Translations under genes and position numbers: made by a program
Notes under the pieces: generated by a model
The model's database searches: none
Told to the model about the DNA's origin: nothing
Seen by the model: the letters and a program-made list of their open reading frames with translations, nothing else
NCBI GenBank assembly: GCA_963204835.1
Contig: CAUJHJ010000007.1
Span: 23,762-87,761 of the forward strand
Length of the DNA stretch: 64,000 nt
Direction of reading: 5' to 3'
DNA from: Pseudomonadota bacterium
GTDB lineage: Bacteria; Pseudomonadota; Gammaproteobacteria; Steroidobacterales; Steroidobacteraceae
Part shown: positions 17,031 to 25,828 of the stretch, piece by piece
Layout: every line of letters starts with the position of its first letter
Numbering within the stretch: position 1 is the first letter of the stretch

Positions 17031-17460
17031 CCGCGTACGCATCGCGCTCGCCTTCGACTTCGGCCTGCGGCGCATCGGGCTCGCGGTGGGCGACACGCTC
17101 ACGCGCAGCGCAGCGCCGCGCGGCGCGATCACCGCCGTCGCGGGCGAGCCGGACTGGGACGCCATGGCGCGCGCGGTCGCGGACAGTGGGCCGCACGTAC
17201 TGGTCGTGGGCGCGCCTTATAATACCGACGGCGAGGCCAGCGAGATGACTGCGCTCGCGCGGCGATTCGCCGCCGGGCTCGCGGCGCGCTTCGCGCTGCC
17301 GGTCGAGCTGGTGGACGAGCGCTACTCTTCGATCGAGGCGACCGCGAAGCTCAAGGCACAGCGCGCGAGCGGCGCGCGCCGCCGCCGGGTGCGCAAGGAA
17401 GACATCGACAGCGCGGCCGCGGTGGTGATCCTGGAACGATGGCTGGAAGGGCAACGATGA
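17014..17460 (+). CDS. ruvX: Holliday-junction-resolvase-like nuclease YqgF/RuvX
   Basis: ALAFDFGLRRIGLAVGD...LVVGAPYNTDGEASEM...VELVDERYSSIEA. Overlaps the yqgE 3' end by 17 nt. Confidence 0.88.
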   Translation: MPGTPDRVRIALAFDFGLRRIGLAVGDTLTRSAAPRGAITAVAGEPDWDAMARAVADSGPHVLVVGAPYNTDGEASEMTALARRFAAGLAARFALPVELVDERYSSIEATAKLKAQRASGARRRRVRKEDIDSAAAVVILERWLEGQR

Positions 17461-18419
17461 CGAGACAGACGCGCGCGGACGGTTCGCTGCGCCACTTGCT
17501 GACGCTCGAGGGCCTGTCGCGGCGCGAACTCGAAGCCCTGCTCGATCGCGCGCAAGCCTTCGTGCGCCCGCTCGGCGCACGCCCGCCGTCGACCGGGCTG
17601 CTGGCCGGCTTGACCGTCGCGAACCTGTTCACCGAACCCTCGACGCGCACCCGCGTCTCCTTCGAGCTGGCCGCCAAGCGCCTCGGCGCCGACGTCGTCA
17701 ACCTCGAAATGCAGCTCTCCTCGCGCATCAAGGGCGAGAGCATGCTCGACACCGTCTTTACGCTCGAGTCGCTGCACGTCGACGTGTTCGTGATCCGCGA
17801 TGCGGAGGCCGGCGTGCCGGCGCTCGTCGCCGCGAGCGTGGCGCCGCACGTCTCGGTGCTCTCCGCCGGCGAGGGCAGCGTGTCGCACCCGACCCAGGGC
17901 CTCCTCGACGCGCTGACGATCCGCCAGCGCAAGGGCCGCATCAAGGGCCTCGCCGTCGCGATCGTCGGCGATATCCGCCACTCGCGCGTCGCGCGCTCCG
18001 CCTACCACGCGCTGGCGACCCTCGGCGTGGCCGAGCTGCGCGTCGTCGCGCCGCCCGCGCTGCTGCCCGGCGACGATGAATTCCGCGGCTGCGCGCGCTA
18101 CACCGACCTCGAGGCGGGGCTGCGGGACGCCGACGTCGTGATGATGCTCAGGATCCAGCGGGAACGCATGCTCGACGAGGCGCAACTCGACCCGGATGCC
18201 TACTTCCGCGCGTTCGGCCTCACCAGCGAGCGCCTCAGGCTCGCGAAGCCCGACGCGATCGTGATGCACCCGCAGCCGATGAACCGCGGGGTCGAAATCG
18301 CCTCCGAGGTCGCCGACGGACCACAGTCCGCGATCCGCGACCAGGTGCGCAATGGGGTCGCCGTGCGCATGGCGGTGCTCGCGACCGTGGCCCGCGCCGG
18401 AAACGGAGCCACCGCATGA
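17457..18419 (+). CDS. pyrB: aspartate carbamoyltransferase catalytic subunit
   Basis: LRHLLTLEGLSRRELE...FTEPSTRTRVSFELAAKRLG...HPTQGLLD...HPQPMNRGVEI. ATGA overlap with the ruvX stop. Confidence 0.93.
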   Translation: MTRQTRADGSLRHLLTLEGLSRRELEALLDRAQAFVRPLGARPPSTGLLAGLTVANLFTEPSTRTRVSFELAAKRLGADVVNLEMQLSSRIKGESMLDTVFTLESLHVDVFVIRDAEAGVPALVAASVAPHVSVLSAGEGSVSHPTQGLLDALTIRQRKGRIKGLAVAIVGDIRHSRVARSAYHALATLGVAELRVVAPPALLPGDDEFRGCARYTDLEAGLRDADVVMMLRIQRERMLDEAQLDPDAYFRAFGLTSERLRLAKPDAIVMHPQPMNRGVEIASEVADGPQSAIRDQVRNGVAVRMAVLATVARAGNGATA

Positions 18420-19297
18420 GCAAGGCGCACCGCGGCAGCATCCACCTCGAGGAAGGGCGCCTGCTGCGTACCGAATCCTTCCCCGGCGAACAGTACATCC
18501 TGCGCATCGAGGCGCCGAAGTGCGCCGCGATGGCGGCGCCGGGCGCGTTCGTGCACCTCACCTGCGACCCCGACATCCCCATGCGCCGGCCCCTGTCGAT
18601 CATGCGGACGGACCCCGCCGCCGGCTGGATCGACGTGCTCTTCAAGGTCGTGGGTGGCGGGCTCGCCGCGCTCGCCGCGCGCAAGGCCGGCGATGCGATC
18701 TCGGTGCTCGGCCCGATCGGCCACGGCTTCGCGCCACACCCCGCGCGCCCGCTCACGCTCATGATCGGCGGGGGCGTCGGCATCCCGCCCATGGTGTTCC
18801 TCGCCGAGCGGCTGGCCGGACGCGACGACGCGCGCTGGCAGCCGCTCGTATTGATGGGCTCGGAGATTCCGTTCCCTTTCGCGATGCGCCCCTCGACGAT
18901 CCTCGTGCCGGGCATGCCCGAGGGCGTGATCGCGGCGATGCCCTTCCTCGACGGGCTCGGCGTGCCGAGCCGGCTCGCGAGCAAGTCCGGCTTTCCCGGC
19001 TGCCACGACGGATTCGTCACCGACCTCGCTGACGCGTGGCTCGCGGCGCAGCCGCCGGCGCGCCTCGCGGAAATCGAGATCTTCGCCTGCGGCCCGACGC
19101 CGATGCTCGCCGCGACCGCGCGGGTGGCGCGCAAGTACGCACTCCCCTGCCAGGTCTCGCTCGAGGAATTCATGGCCTGCGCGGTGGGCGGCTGCGCCGG
19201 CTGCGCGGTGCAGGTCGAGACGGACGCGGGCCCGGCGATGAAGCGGGTGTGCGTCGATGGGCCGGTGTTCGATGCGTATGCGGTGTTCGCGGGCTAG
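18416..19297 (+). CDS. PyrK/NfnA-type FAD- and [2Fe-2S]-binding oxidoreductase (dihydroorotate dehydrogenase electron-transfer-subunit-like)
   Basis: FAD motif RRPLSIM. NAD-binding GGGVGIPP. C-terminal cluster MACAVGGCAGCAV...RVCVDGPVF as in PyrK. ATGA overlap with the pyrB stop. Confidence 0.8.
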   Translation: MSKAHRGSIHLEEGRLLRTESFPGEQYILRIEAPKCAAMAAPGAFVHLTCDPDIPMRRPLSIMRTDPAAGWIDVLFKVVGGGLAALAARKAGDAISVLGPIGHGFAPHPARPLTLMIGGGVGIPPMVFLAERLAGRDDARWQPLVLMGSEIPFPFAMRPSTILVPGMPEGVIAAMPFLDGLGVPSRLASKSGFPGCHDGFVTDLADAWLAAQPPARLAEIEIFACGPTPMLAATARVARKYALPCQVSLEEFMACAVGGCAGCAVQVETDAGPAMKRVCVDGPVFDAYAVFAG

Positions 19298-19755
19298 CGT
19301 CGGCCCGGAGCGGACGCCGTGACCAGAAGGACGTTCTCCCCTTCCGCCCAGACGGGCAGCGGCTGCCGGCCCCCGATCACGAACGTCACCTGGATGCGGA
19401 ACCTGCGCCAGGGCCCGCCGCTCGCTTCCCAGCCTTTCGGCACGGCAAAGCGCATGTCCATGAGCATCTGCACCGCGCCGGGTTCGAAGGCGGCAGAATC
19501 GGAAACGAGTGGGGTGATGCGGATGACGCGGCCATCGGCATCGACCGAGTAGGCAAGCGACACGCGGCCCGGTGTCGCCGTCCTGCGCATCGCGGGAGGG
19601 TAGTAGTCGCGCACTATCCTCGATTGCATGATCAGGCCGTTGATCTCGACTCCCTGCGGCTCGCCCCGGTCGCCCGCGATGGCGTGCAAGCCGCCCGTCG
19701 CGCCAAGCAACGCGAGCAGCAGTGACCTGCCGATTCCCTGGCCGCAGTGCTGCAT
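19294..19755 (-). CDS. exported protein with a TonB-C-terminal-like fold (hypothetical)
   Basis: Signal-like N-terminus (GRSLLLALLGATGGLHAIAG). YPPAMRRTATPGRVSLAYSVDADGRVIRI resembles the TonB_C core. The start abuts the stop of the second pilU paralogue (0 nt gap). Confidence 0.5.
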   Translation of the reverse strand: MQHCGQGIGRSLLLALLGATGGLHAIAGDRGEPQGVEINGLIMQSRIVRDYYPPAMRRTATPGRVSLAYSVDADGRVIRITPLVSDSAAFEPGAVQMLMDMRFAVPKGWEASGGPWRRFRIQVTFVIGGRQPLPVWAEGENVLLVTASAPGRR

Positions 19756-20892
19756 TCAGCCGAAGTTGATCTTCGCCTCGAGGTTGGTGCGCGAGTCGGC
19801 GTTGTTGAGCGCCTCCTCGAGCTCGATGCGGCCCTGCTTGACGAGCTGGTAGAGCGAGGAGTCGAAGCTCTGCACGTTGCGCTCGCTGCTCTGCACGATC
19901 GCTTCCTTGATGCCCGACACGTCGCCCTTCTTGACGAGTTCGGAGATATGCGGCGTATTGAGCATCACCTCGACCGCGGCAAGGCGCTTGCCGTCCTTGC
20001 CGAACACGAGCCGCTGCGCCGCGATCGCCTTCAGGTACTGCGACAGGTCGAGGAAGATCTGCGCGTGCTGGTCGCGCGGGAACATGTTGATGATGCGATC
20101 CATCGTCTCGGCGCAGTTGTTCGCGTGCAGCGTCGCGAGCACGAGGTGGCCGGTGCCGGACAGGTTGATGCAGGCCTGCATCGTGTCGCGGTCGCGGATC
20201 TCGCCGACCAGGATCACGTCGGGCGCGGCGCGCATCACGCTCCTGAGCGCGCGCTCGTAGCTCTTGGTGTCGAGCCCGACCTCGCGCTGGTTGACGATCG
20301 AGCGCTTGTTGGTGTGCAGGAACTCGATCGGGTCCTCGATCGTGACGACGTGGTCCGAGGAATGTTCGTTGCGGTAGTTGATCATCGACGCGAGCGTGGT
20401 CGACTTGCCGGAACCGGTGGCGCCGACCAGCAGGATCAGGCCGCGCTTCAGCATGATCAGCTCGCGGAACACCTCGGGCAGGCCGAGCGTCTCGAGTTTC
20501 GGCATGTCCGCGGTGATGTAGCGCATGACCATCGCGGGGAAGCCGCGCTGGTGGAACACGTTGACGCGAAAGCGCCCGAGGCCCGGCTCGGAGATCGCGA
20601 AGTCGATCTCGAGCTCGCGATGGAAGAACTCGAGCTGTTCGGGCGTCATCAGCGCGTAGGCCGACTGGCGCACCGTCTCCGGCGTCAGGATCTGCTTGTT
20701 GACCGGGAAGATCTGCCCCTCGATCTTGATCTTGATCGGGGCGTTCGAGGTGAAGAAGAGGTCCGAGGCCTTCTTCTCCACCATCAGCTTGAACAGCGGA
20801 CGGGTGTTGATCGCGAGCGATGATTCCGGCACCGCGGGTGCCTGCGTCGTCGTGTCACCGCTCGAGCCCACGGCCTTCGGCGTCGCCTTCAT
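19756..20892 (-). CDS. PilT/PilU-family type IV pilus retraction ATPase, second PilU-like paralogue
   Basis: Walker A GATGSGKST, Asp box VTIEDPIEF, Walker B DVILVGEIRD and His box GHLVLATLH. It lacks the PilT AIRNLIRE motif (it has HISELVKKG). About 30 aa of N-terminal extension. ATGA overlap with the upstream pilU. Confidence 0.85.
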   Translation of the reverse strand: MKATPKAVGSSGDTTTQAPAVPESSLAINTRPLFKLMVEKKASDLFFTSNAPIKIKIEGQIFPVNKQILTPETVRQSAYALMTPEQLEFFHRELEIDFAISEPGLGRFRVNVFHQRGFPAMVMRYITADMPKLETLGLPEVFRELIMLKRGLILLVGATGSGKSTTLASMINYRNEHSSDHVVTIEDPIEFLHTNKRSIVNQREVGLDTKSYERALRSVMRAAPDVILVGEIRDRDTMQACINLSGTGHLVLATLHANNCAETMDRIINMFPRDQHAQIFLDLSQYLKAIAAQRLVFGKDGKRLAAVEVMLNTPHISELVKKGDVSGIKEAIVQSSERNVQSFDSSLYQLVKQGRIELEEALNNADSRTNLEAKINFG

Positions 20893-22043
20893 ATCACGCG
20901 CCCCTGCTCTTCCTCGACGATGCGCAGCGCACCGCCGTCATCGACGTGCTTGTTCTCGCGCTTGCTCTCGAGCTTGATCTTCAGGCGCAGCTCGTTCTTC
21001 GAGTCGGCGTTGCGCAGCGCGTCCTCGTAGGACACGTAGCCCGTCTCGTAGAGCTCGAACAGCGCCTGGTCGAAGGTCTTCATGCCGATGCGGGTCGAGC
21101 GCGCCATCACTTCCTTGATCTTCGCCACCTCGCCCTTGAAGATCAGGTCCTGGATCAGCGGCGAGTTGAGCATGATCTCCATCGCCGCGATGCGCCCGCT
21201 GCCCGATTCGCGCGGGATCAGGCGCTGCGAGACGAGGCCGCGCAGGTTGAGCGACAGGTCCATCAGCAACTGCTCGCGCCGCTCGTCGGGGAAGAAGTTG
21301 ATGATGCGGTCGAGCGCCTGGTTGGCGCTGTTGGCATGCAGGGTCGCGAGCACGAGGTGGCCGGTCTCGGCGAACTGGATGCCGTACTCCATCGTGTCGC
21401 GGTCGCGGATCTCGCCGATCAGGATCACGTCGGGCGCCTGGCGCAGCGTGTTCTTGAGCGCCGCGTGCCAGCTGTCGGTGTCGACGCCGATCTCGCGGTG
21501 CGTGATCACGCAGCCCTTGTGCTGGTGCACGTATTCGACCGGGTCCTCGATCGTGACGATGTGGCCGCGGGTCTTCTCGTTGCGGTAGCCGACCATCGCG
21601 GCGAGCGTGGTCGACTTGCCCGAGCCGGTGCCGCCGACGATGATCACGAGGCCGCGCTTCGACAGCACGACTTCCTTCAGGATCGGCGGCAGGTCGAGCT
21701 CCTCGAAGCTCGGGATCTTGGAGTTGATCAGGCGGATCACGCAGCCGGTCTGGCCCTGCTGCACGAAGGCGCTGACGCGAAAGCGGCCGATGCCGGGCGG
21801 CGCGATCGCGAACTGGCATTCCTTGCTGGCGTCGAATTCCTTCGTCTGCCGGTCGTTCATGATGGCGCGCACCAGCACCGCGGACTGCTCGGCGGTCAGC
21901 GCGCGCTCGCTCTGCGGGCGCACTTCGCCGTCGATCTTGATCGCCGGCGGGAAGCCGGCCGTGATGAACAGGTCGGACGCCTTCTTCTCCACCACGCGGC
22001 GGAGCAGGTCCTGCATGAGCTTGATGCCTTGATCGCGATCCAT
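20889..22043 (-). CDS. pilU: type IV pilus ATPase PilU
   Basis: LMQDLLRRVVEKKASDLFITAG..., GGTGSGKST, VTIEDPVEY, DVILIGEIRD and GHLVLATLH. It has LIQDLIFKG in place of AIRNLIRE. Confidence 0.88.
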   Translation of the reverse strand: MDRDQGIKLMQDLLRRVVEKKASDLFITAGFPPAIKIDGEVRPQSERALTAEQSAVLVRAIMNDRQTKEFDASKECQFAIAPPGIGRFRVSAFVQQGQTGCVIRLINSKIPSFEELDLPPILKEVVLSKRGLVIIVGGTGSGKSTTLAAMVGYRNEKTRGHIVTIEDPVEYVHQHKGCVITHREIGVDTDSWHAALKNTLRQAPDVILIGEIRDRDTMEYGIQFAETGHLVLATLHANSANQALDRIINFFPDERREQLLMDLSLNLRGLVSQRLIPRESGSGRIAAMEIMLNSPLIQDLIFKGEVAKIKEVMARSTRIGMKTFDQALFELYETGYVSYEDALRNADSKNELRLKIKLESKRENKHVDDGGALRIVEEEQGRVI

Positions 22044-22052
22044 GGCAGTCCT

Positions 22053-23093
22053 CTAGAGTGCGTCCTTGTTCTGCGCCTTGTAGCGCGCCTCTTCCTTGCT
22101 TACGACGCCCTTCTGCACCAGCTCGGTGAGGCATTGGTCGAGCGTCTGCATGCCCTGCGCCTGGCCGGTCTGGATCGATGAATACATCTGCGCGATCTTG
22201 CCCTCGCGGATCAGGTTCCGGATCGCGGGGGTGCCGATCATGATCTCGTGGGCCGCAACGCGGCCGCCGCCGATGCGCTTCATCAGGGTCTGCGAGATCA
22301 CCGCGCGCAACGACTCGGAAAGCATCGAGCGCACCATTTCCTTCTCGGCCGCGGGGAACACGTCGACCACGCGGTCGATGGTCTTCGCAGCCGAGCTCGT
22401 GTGCAGCGTACCGAACACGAGGTGGCCGGTCTCGGCGGCGGTGAGCGCGAGGCGGATCGTCTCGAGGTCGCGCATTTCGCCGACCAGGATCACGTCGGGG
22501 TCCTCGCGCAGCGCCGAGCGCAGCGCTTCGCTGAAGCCGAGAGTGTCGCGGTGCACTTCGCGCTGGTTGACGAGCGAGCGCTTCGACTCGTGCACGAACT
22601 CGATCGGGTCCTCGATCGTGAGGATGTGGTCCGGGCGGTTGTCGTTGCAGTGGTTGACCATGCCGGCGAGCGTGGTCGACTTGCCGGAGCCGGTCGGGCC
22701 GGTGACCAGCACGAGACCACGCGGCAGCATGCACAGGTCGCGGAAGATCTTCGGCGCGGCGAGGTCGTCGAGCGACAGGATCGTCGACGGGATGTTGCGG
22801 AACACGGCGCCGGCGCCGCGGTTCTGGTTGAAGGCGTTGACGCGAAAGCGCGCGAGCTTCGGGATCTCGAACGAAAAGTCCGTCTCGAAGAACTCCTCGT
22901 AGGACTTCCTCTGCTTGTCGTTCATGATGTCATACACCATGCTGTGCACTTCCTTGTGGGACAGTGCCGGCATGTTGATGCGCTTCATGTCGCCGTCGAC
23001 GCGGATCATCGGCGGCACGCCCGAGGACAGGTGCAGGTCCGAGGCGTTGTTTTTTACGGCAAACGCAAGCAGTTGCGCGATATCGACGGCCAT
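22053..23093 (-). CDS. pilT: twitching-motility ATPase PilT
   Basis: MAVDIAQLLAFAVKNNASDLHLSSG..., GPTGSGKST, DVILVGEMRD, GHLVFGTLH and the PilT-specific GTPAIRNLIREGK. Confidence 0.93.
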   Translation of the reverse strand: MAVDIAQLLAFAVKNNASDLHLSSGVPPMIRVDGDMKRINMPALSHKEVHSMVYDIMNDKQRKSYEEFFETDFSFEIPKLARFRVNAFNQNRGAGAVFRNIPSTILSLDDLAAPKIFRDLCMLPRGLVLVTGPTGSGKSTTLAGMVNHCNDNRPDHILTIEDPIEFVHESKRSLVNQREVHRDTLGFSEALRSALREDPDVILVGEMRDLETIRLALTAAETGHLVFGTLHTSSAAKTIDRVVDVFPAAEKEMVRSMLSESLRAVISQTLMKRIGGGRVAAHEIMIGTPAIRNLIREGKIAQMYSSIQTGQAQGMQTLDQCLTELVQKGVVSKEEARYKAQNKDAL

Positions 23094-23147
23094 GCGAAAT
23101 CCTCGCGAGAAGCGGCCGCAGTATAGCGGAGGGGGTCCGCGTCCAAT

Positions 23148-23855
23148 ATGTTAATCGGTCCGCAGAATTTGCCGGAGAATGTGCGAAATGTGCGCGCGGC
23201 GATCGCCGCCGCCGCCCTGCGCTGCGGCAGGAATGTCGACTCCGTCACGCTGCTGGCGGTGGCCAAGGGCCAGGGCGCGCAGAGCGTGCGCGAGGTCGCG
23301 GCGGCGGGCGTGGCGCACATCGGCGAGAACTACCTGCAGGAAGCCCTGCCCCGCATCGAGGCGCTCGCGGACCTCGACCTCACCTGGCATTTCATCGGCA
23401 GCCTGCAGGCCAACAAGACGCGGGCCGTTGCCGAACACTTCTCGTGGGTCCATGGCGTCGACCGGCTGAAGCTGGCCGAGCGCCTCGCGGCGCAGCGCCC
23501 CTTTCACGCGCCGCCGCTCAATGTCTGCATCCAGGTGAACGTGGCGGCGGAAAGCGGCAAGGGCGGCGTGGCCCCTGGCGAGGTGGCAACGCTCGCCGCT
23601 GCGATCCGCGCGCTGCCACGCATGCGCCTGCGGGGCCTGATGTGCCTGCCGCCGGCGGAAACCGAGCCGGCGCGGCAGCGCCACTGGTTTGCCCTGTTGC
23701 GCGAGTCCCTCGCCTCGCTGCGTGCGACGGGCTTCGACCTCGACACGCTGTCGATGGGCATGAGCGGCGATTTCGAGGCGGCGATCGAGGAAGGCGCTAC
23801 GCTGTTGCGCATCGGCACGGCCGTTTTCGGCCCGCGCAGCGCGCCGCCGCCCTGA
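23148..23855 (+). CDS. yggS: YggS-family pyridoxal-phosphate homeostasis protein
   Basis: VTLLAVAKGQ...HIGENYLQE...WHFIGSLQANK...LSMGMSGDFEAAIEEGATLLRIGTAVFG. Confidence 0.9.
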   Translation: MLIGPQNLPENVRNVRAAIAAAALRCGRNVDSVTLLAVAKGQGAQSVREVAAAGVAHIGENYLQEALPRIEALADLDLTWHFIGSLQANKTRAVAEHFSWVHGVDRLKLAERLAAQRPFHAPPLNVCIQVNVAAESGKGGVAPGEVATLAAAIRALPRMRLRGLMCLPPAETEPARQRHWFALLRESLASLRATGFDLDTLSMGMSGDFEAAIEEGATLLRIGTAVFGPRSAPPP

Positions 23856-23872
23856 GCAGGTAACATCCGCGC

Positions 23873-24691
23873 ATGTCCGGACAGCACATTGCCTTCATCG
23901 GCGGCGGCAACATGGGCCGCGCCCTCATCTCCGGCCTGCTGGCGCGCGGCGCGGCGCCGGCCGGCCTGTTCGTCGCCGAGCCGCACGCGCCGACGCGCGA
24001 GGCGCTGGCGAGGGATTTCGGGATTCGCACCTCGGCGGACAACGCCGAGGCGGCCGCCGCAGCCGACATCCTCGTGCTCGCGGTCAAGCCCCAGCTCATG
24101 GCGCAGGTCGTGGCGCCGCTCGCGCCCGTGCTCGCCGAACGCCGGCCGCTCGTCATTTCGATCGCGGCGGGCATCCGGCTTGCCTCGCTTGCCGCCTGGT
24201 GCGGCGCCGGCGTGCCTCTCGTGCGCGCGATGCCCAACCGGCCGGCGCTCTGCGGCGCCGGCATCACGGGGCTGCACGCCCCGACCGACACCCCCGCCGA
24301 GGCGCGCCAGCGCGCCGAGGCGGTGATGGCGGCGGTCGGCGAAACCGTCTGGGTCGGGCGCGAGGCCGACATCGACGTCGTCACCGCGGTCTCCGGCAGC
24401 GGACCTGCCTATTTCTTCCTGCTCGCCGAGCAACTCGCGCAGAACGGCACGCGCCTCGGCCTCGAGCCGGCGACGGCCCATCGCCTCGCGGTCGCCACGC
24501 TTTACGGCGCGGGCTGCCTCGCGAGCCTGGGCGACGGGGATCTCGCGCGCCTGCGCGCCGAGGTGACATCGAAGGGCGGCACGACGGAGGCGGCGCTACG
24601 CAGCCTCGAACTGGCGCAATTCGGCGACGTGGTGGCGGCGGCGGTCGATGCGGCCGTGCAACGCGGCCGGGAACTGGCGGAGGTTGCTTGA
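23873..24691 (+). CDS. proC: pyrroline-5-carboxylate reductase
   Basis: IAFIGGGNMGRALISGL...LVLAVKPQ...VRAMPNRPA...SGSGPAYFF...VTSKGGTTEAAL. Confidence 0.92.
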   Translation: MSGQHIAFIGGGNMGRALISGLLARGAAPAGLFVAEPHAPTREALARDFGIRTSADNAEAAAAADILVLAVKPQLMAQVVAPLAPVLAERRPLVISIAAGIRLASLAAWCGAGVPLVRAMPNRPALCGAGITGLHAPTDTPAEARQRAEAVMAAVGETVWVGREADIDVVTAVSGSGPAYFFLLAEQLAQNGTRLGLEPATAHRLAVATLYGAGCLASLGDGDLARLRAEVTSKGGTTEAALRSLELAQFGDVVAAAVDAAVQRGRELAEVA

Positions 24692-25218
24692 GCGCACTGA
24701 TCTACATCGTCGAGACGCTGCTTTCGCTCGTCTATTTCGTCTTCCTGCTGCGGCTGCTGCTGCAGCTCGTGCGGGCGGATTTCCGCAATCCGCTCAGCCA
24801 GGCGATCGTGAAGCTCACGAACCCGCTCATCATGCCCCTGCGCCGCGTGCTGCCGCCGGCCGGCAAGCTCGATACCGCCTCGATCGTCGCGGTGCTGCTC
24901 GTCGCGCTCGCCGAGGTCGGCATCCTCTACGCGCTGCGCGCCGGCGCCCCGCCGGACGCCCTCACGTGGCTGCGCCTCGCGGTGCTCGGCATGCTCTCGA
25001 AGCTGCTGTGGGTCTACTTCTACGCCATCCTGCTGTATGCGCTCGTCTCGCTGATCGCGCCGAACCAGTATTCGCCGGTTGCCGCGCTGCTCGCCGCGCT
25101 CTGCGAGCCCGTCCTGCGGCCCATCCGGCGCCTGATTCCCCCGGTCGCGGGCCTCGACCTGTCGCCGCTGTGGGCCTGCATCGCGTTGCAGGCGGCGCTG
25201 ATCCTGCTGCGCGGATGA
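24688..25218 (+). CDS. yggT: YggT-family membrane protein
   Basis: LLRLLLQLVRADFRNPLSQAIVKLTNPLIMPLRRVLPPAGKLD...CEPVLRPIRRLIPPVAGLDLSP shows the duplicated YggT motif. No ATG is available. The proposed TTG at 24688 overlaps the proC stop (TTGA), so the start is uncertain. Confidence 0.75.
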   Translation: MSALIYIVETLLSLVYFVFLLRLLLQLVRADFRNPLSQAIVKLTNPLIMPLRRVLPPAGKLDTASIVAVLLVALAEVGILYALRAGAPPDALTWLRLAVLGMLSKLLWVYFYAILLYALVSLIAPNQYSPVAALLAALCEPVLRPIRRLIPPVAGLDLSPLWACIALQAALILLRG

Positions 25219-25351
25219 GCGAGAACTTCAGTGGGTTACCTCGCGTCATTCATCGAAAGTCGAGCAGGCCGCGCGTGCGCCGACCCGGGCGGTGTGCGCG
25301 CGACACTGGAAAACAAGCGGTTTTATGCGCGGCCCGGTTGCGAAAAAACCC

Positions 25352-25379
25352 TTGCGCGCGCATACGCATATGCTATGTT
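25352..25379 (+). promoter_or_regulatory. possible sigma70-type promoter of the HU-like gene (TTGCGC-N16-TATGTT)
   Basis: Hexamers read directly from the sequence, about 72 nt upstream of the ATG at 25452. No experimental support. Confidence 0.3.
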
Positions 25380-25451
25380 GCCGCCCGAATCGCGATCGCG
25401 CGACTTGCGCGCCGCGTGATCGGCTAACCAAATCTTTCAGGAGAATAGGCA

Positions 25452-25763
25452 ATGGCGAAAAAAGGTGGCGCACCGACGAAGTCGGAAATCCTTGCGGCGA
25501 TCTGCAAGGACACCGGACTCTCGCGCAAGCAGGTCTCGTCCGTGTTCGACTCGCTGTCGGGGGTGATCCGCAAGAGCCTGCGCGGCAATGGGCTGTTCAC
25601 GCTGCCCGGCCTGCTGAAGCTCAAGGTCGTGAAGAAGCCCGCCACCAAGGCGCGCGAGGGTGTCAACCCGTTCACGGGCGAGAAGATGACCTTCAAGGCG
25701 AAGCCGGCGTCCAAGAAGGTTCGCGCGATGCCGCTCAAGAGCCTGAAGGCCTTCGTGAACTAA
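25452..25763 (+). CDS. HU/IHF-family DNA-binding protein with Lys-rich ends
   Basis: SEILAAICKDTGLSRKQVSSVFDSL...GLFTLPGLLKLKVVKKPATKAREGVNPFTGEKMTFKAKP (HU beta-arm RNPxTGE-like). AGGAGA RBS. Confidence 0.85.
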   Translation: MAKKGGAPTKSEILAAICKDTGLSRKQVSSVFDSLSGVIRKSLRGNGLFTLPGLLKLKVVKKPATKAREGVNPFTGEKMTFKAKPASKKVRAMPLKSLKAFVN

Positions 25764-25787
25764 GGCCAGCGCCTCTGTTCTTCGAAC

Positions 25788-25828
25788 AGCAAGCCCGGCG
25801 GGGTCACCCCGCCGGGCTTGCTGCTTTT
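25788..25828 (+). terminator. rho-independent terminator after the HU-like gene
   Basis: Perfect 16-bp stem agcaagcccggcgggg / ccccgccgggcttgct with a 3-nt loop, followed by gcTTTT. The loop contains the stop codon of the convergent hydrolase gene. Confidence 0.65.

Noticed and set aside
20820-22734. ORFs 20820-22181 (+, 453 aa) and 20938-22734 (-, 598 aa) overlapping pilU and pilT.
   Set aside because: They are antisense or out of frame relative to the clearly conserved PilT/PilU ATPases, and their products are Arg/Pro/Asp-rich with no motifs.
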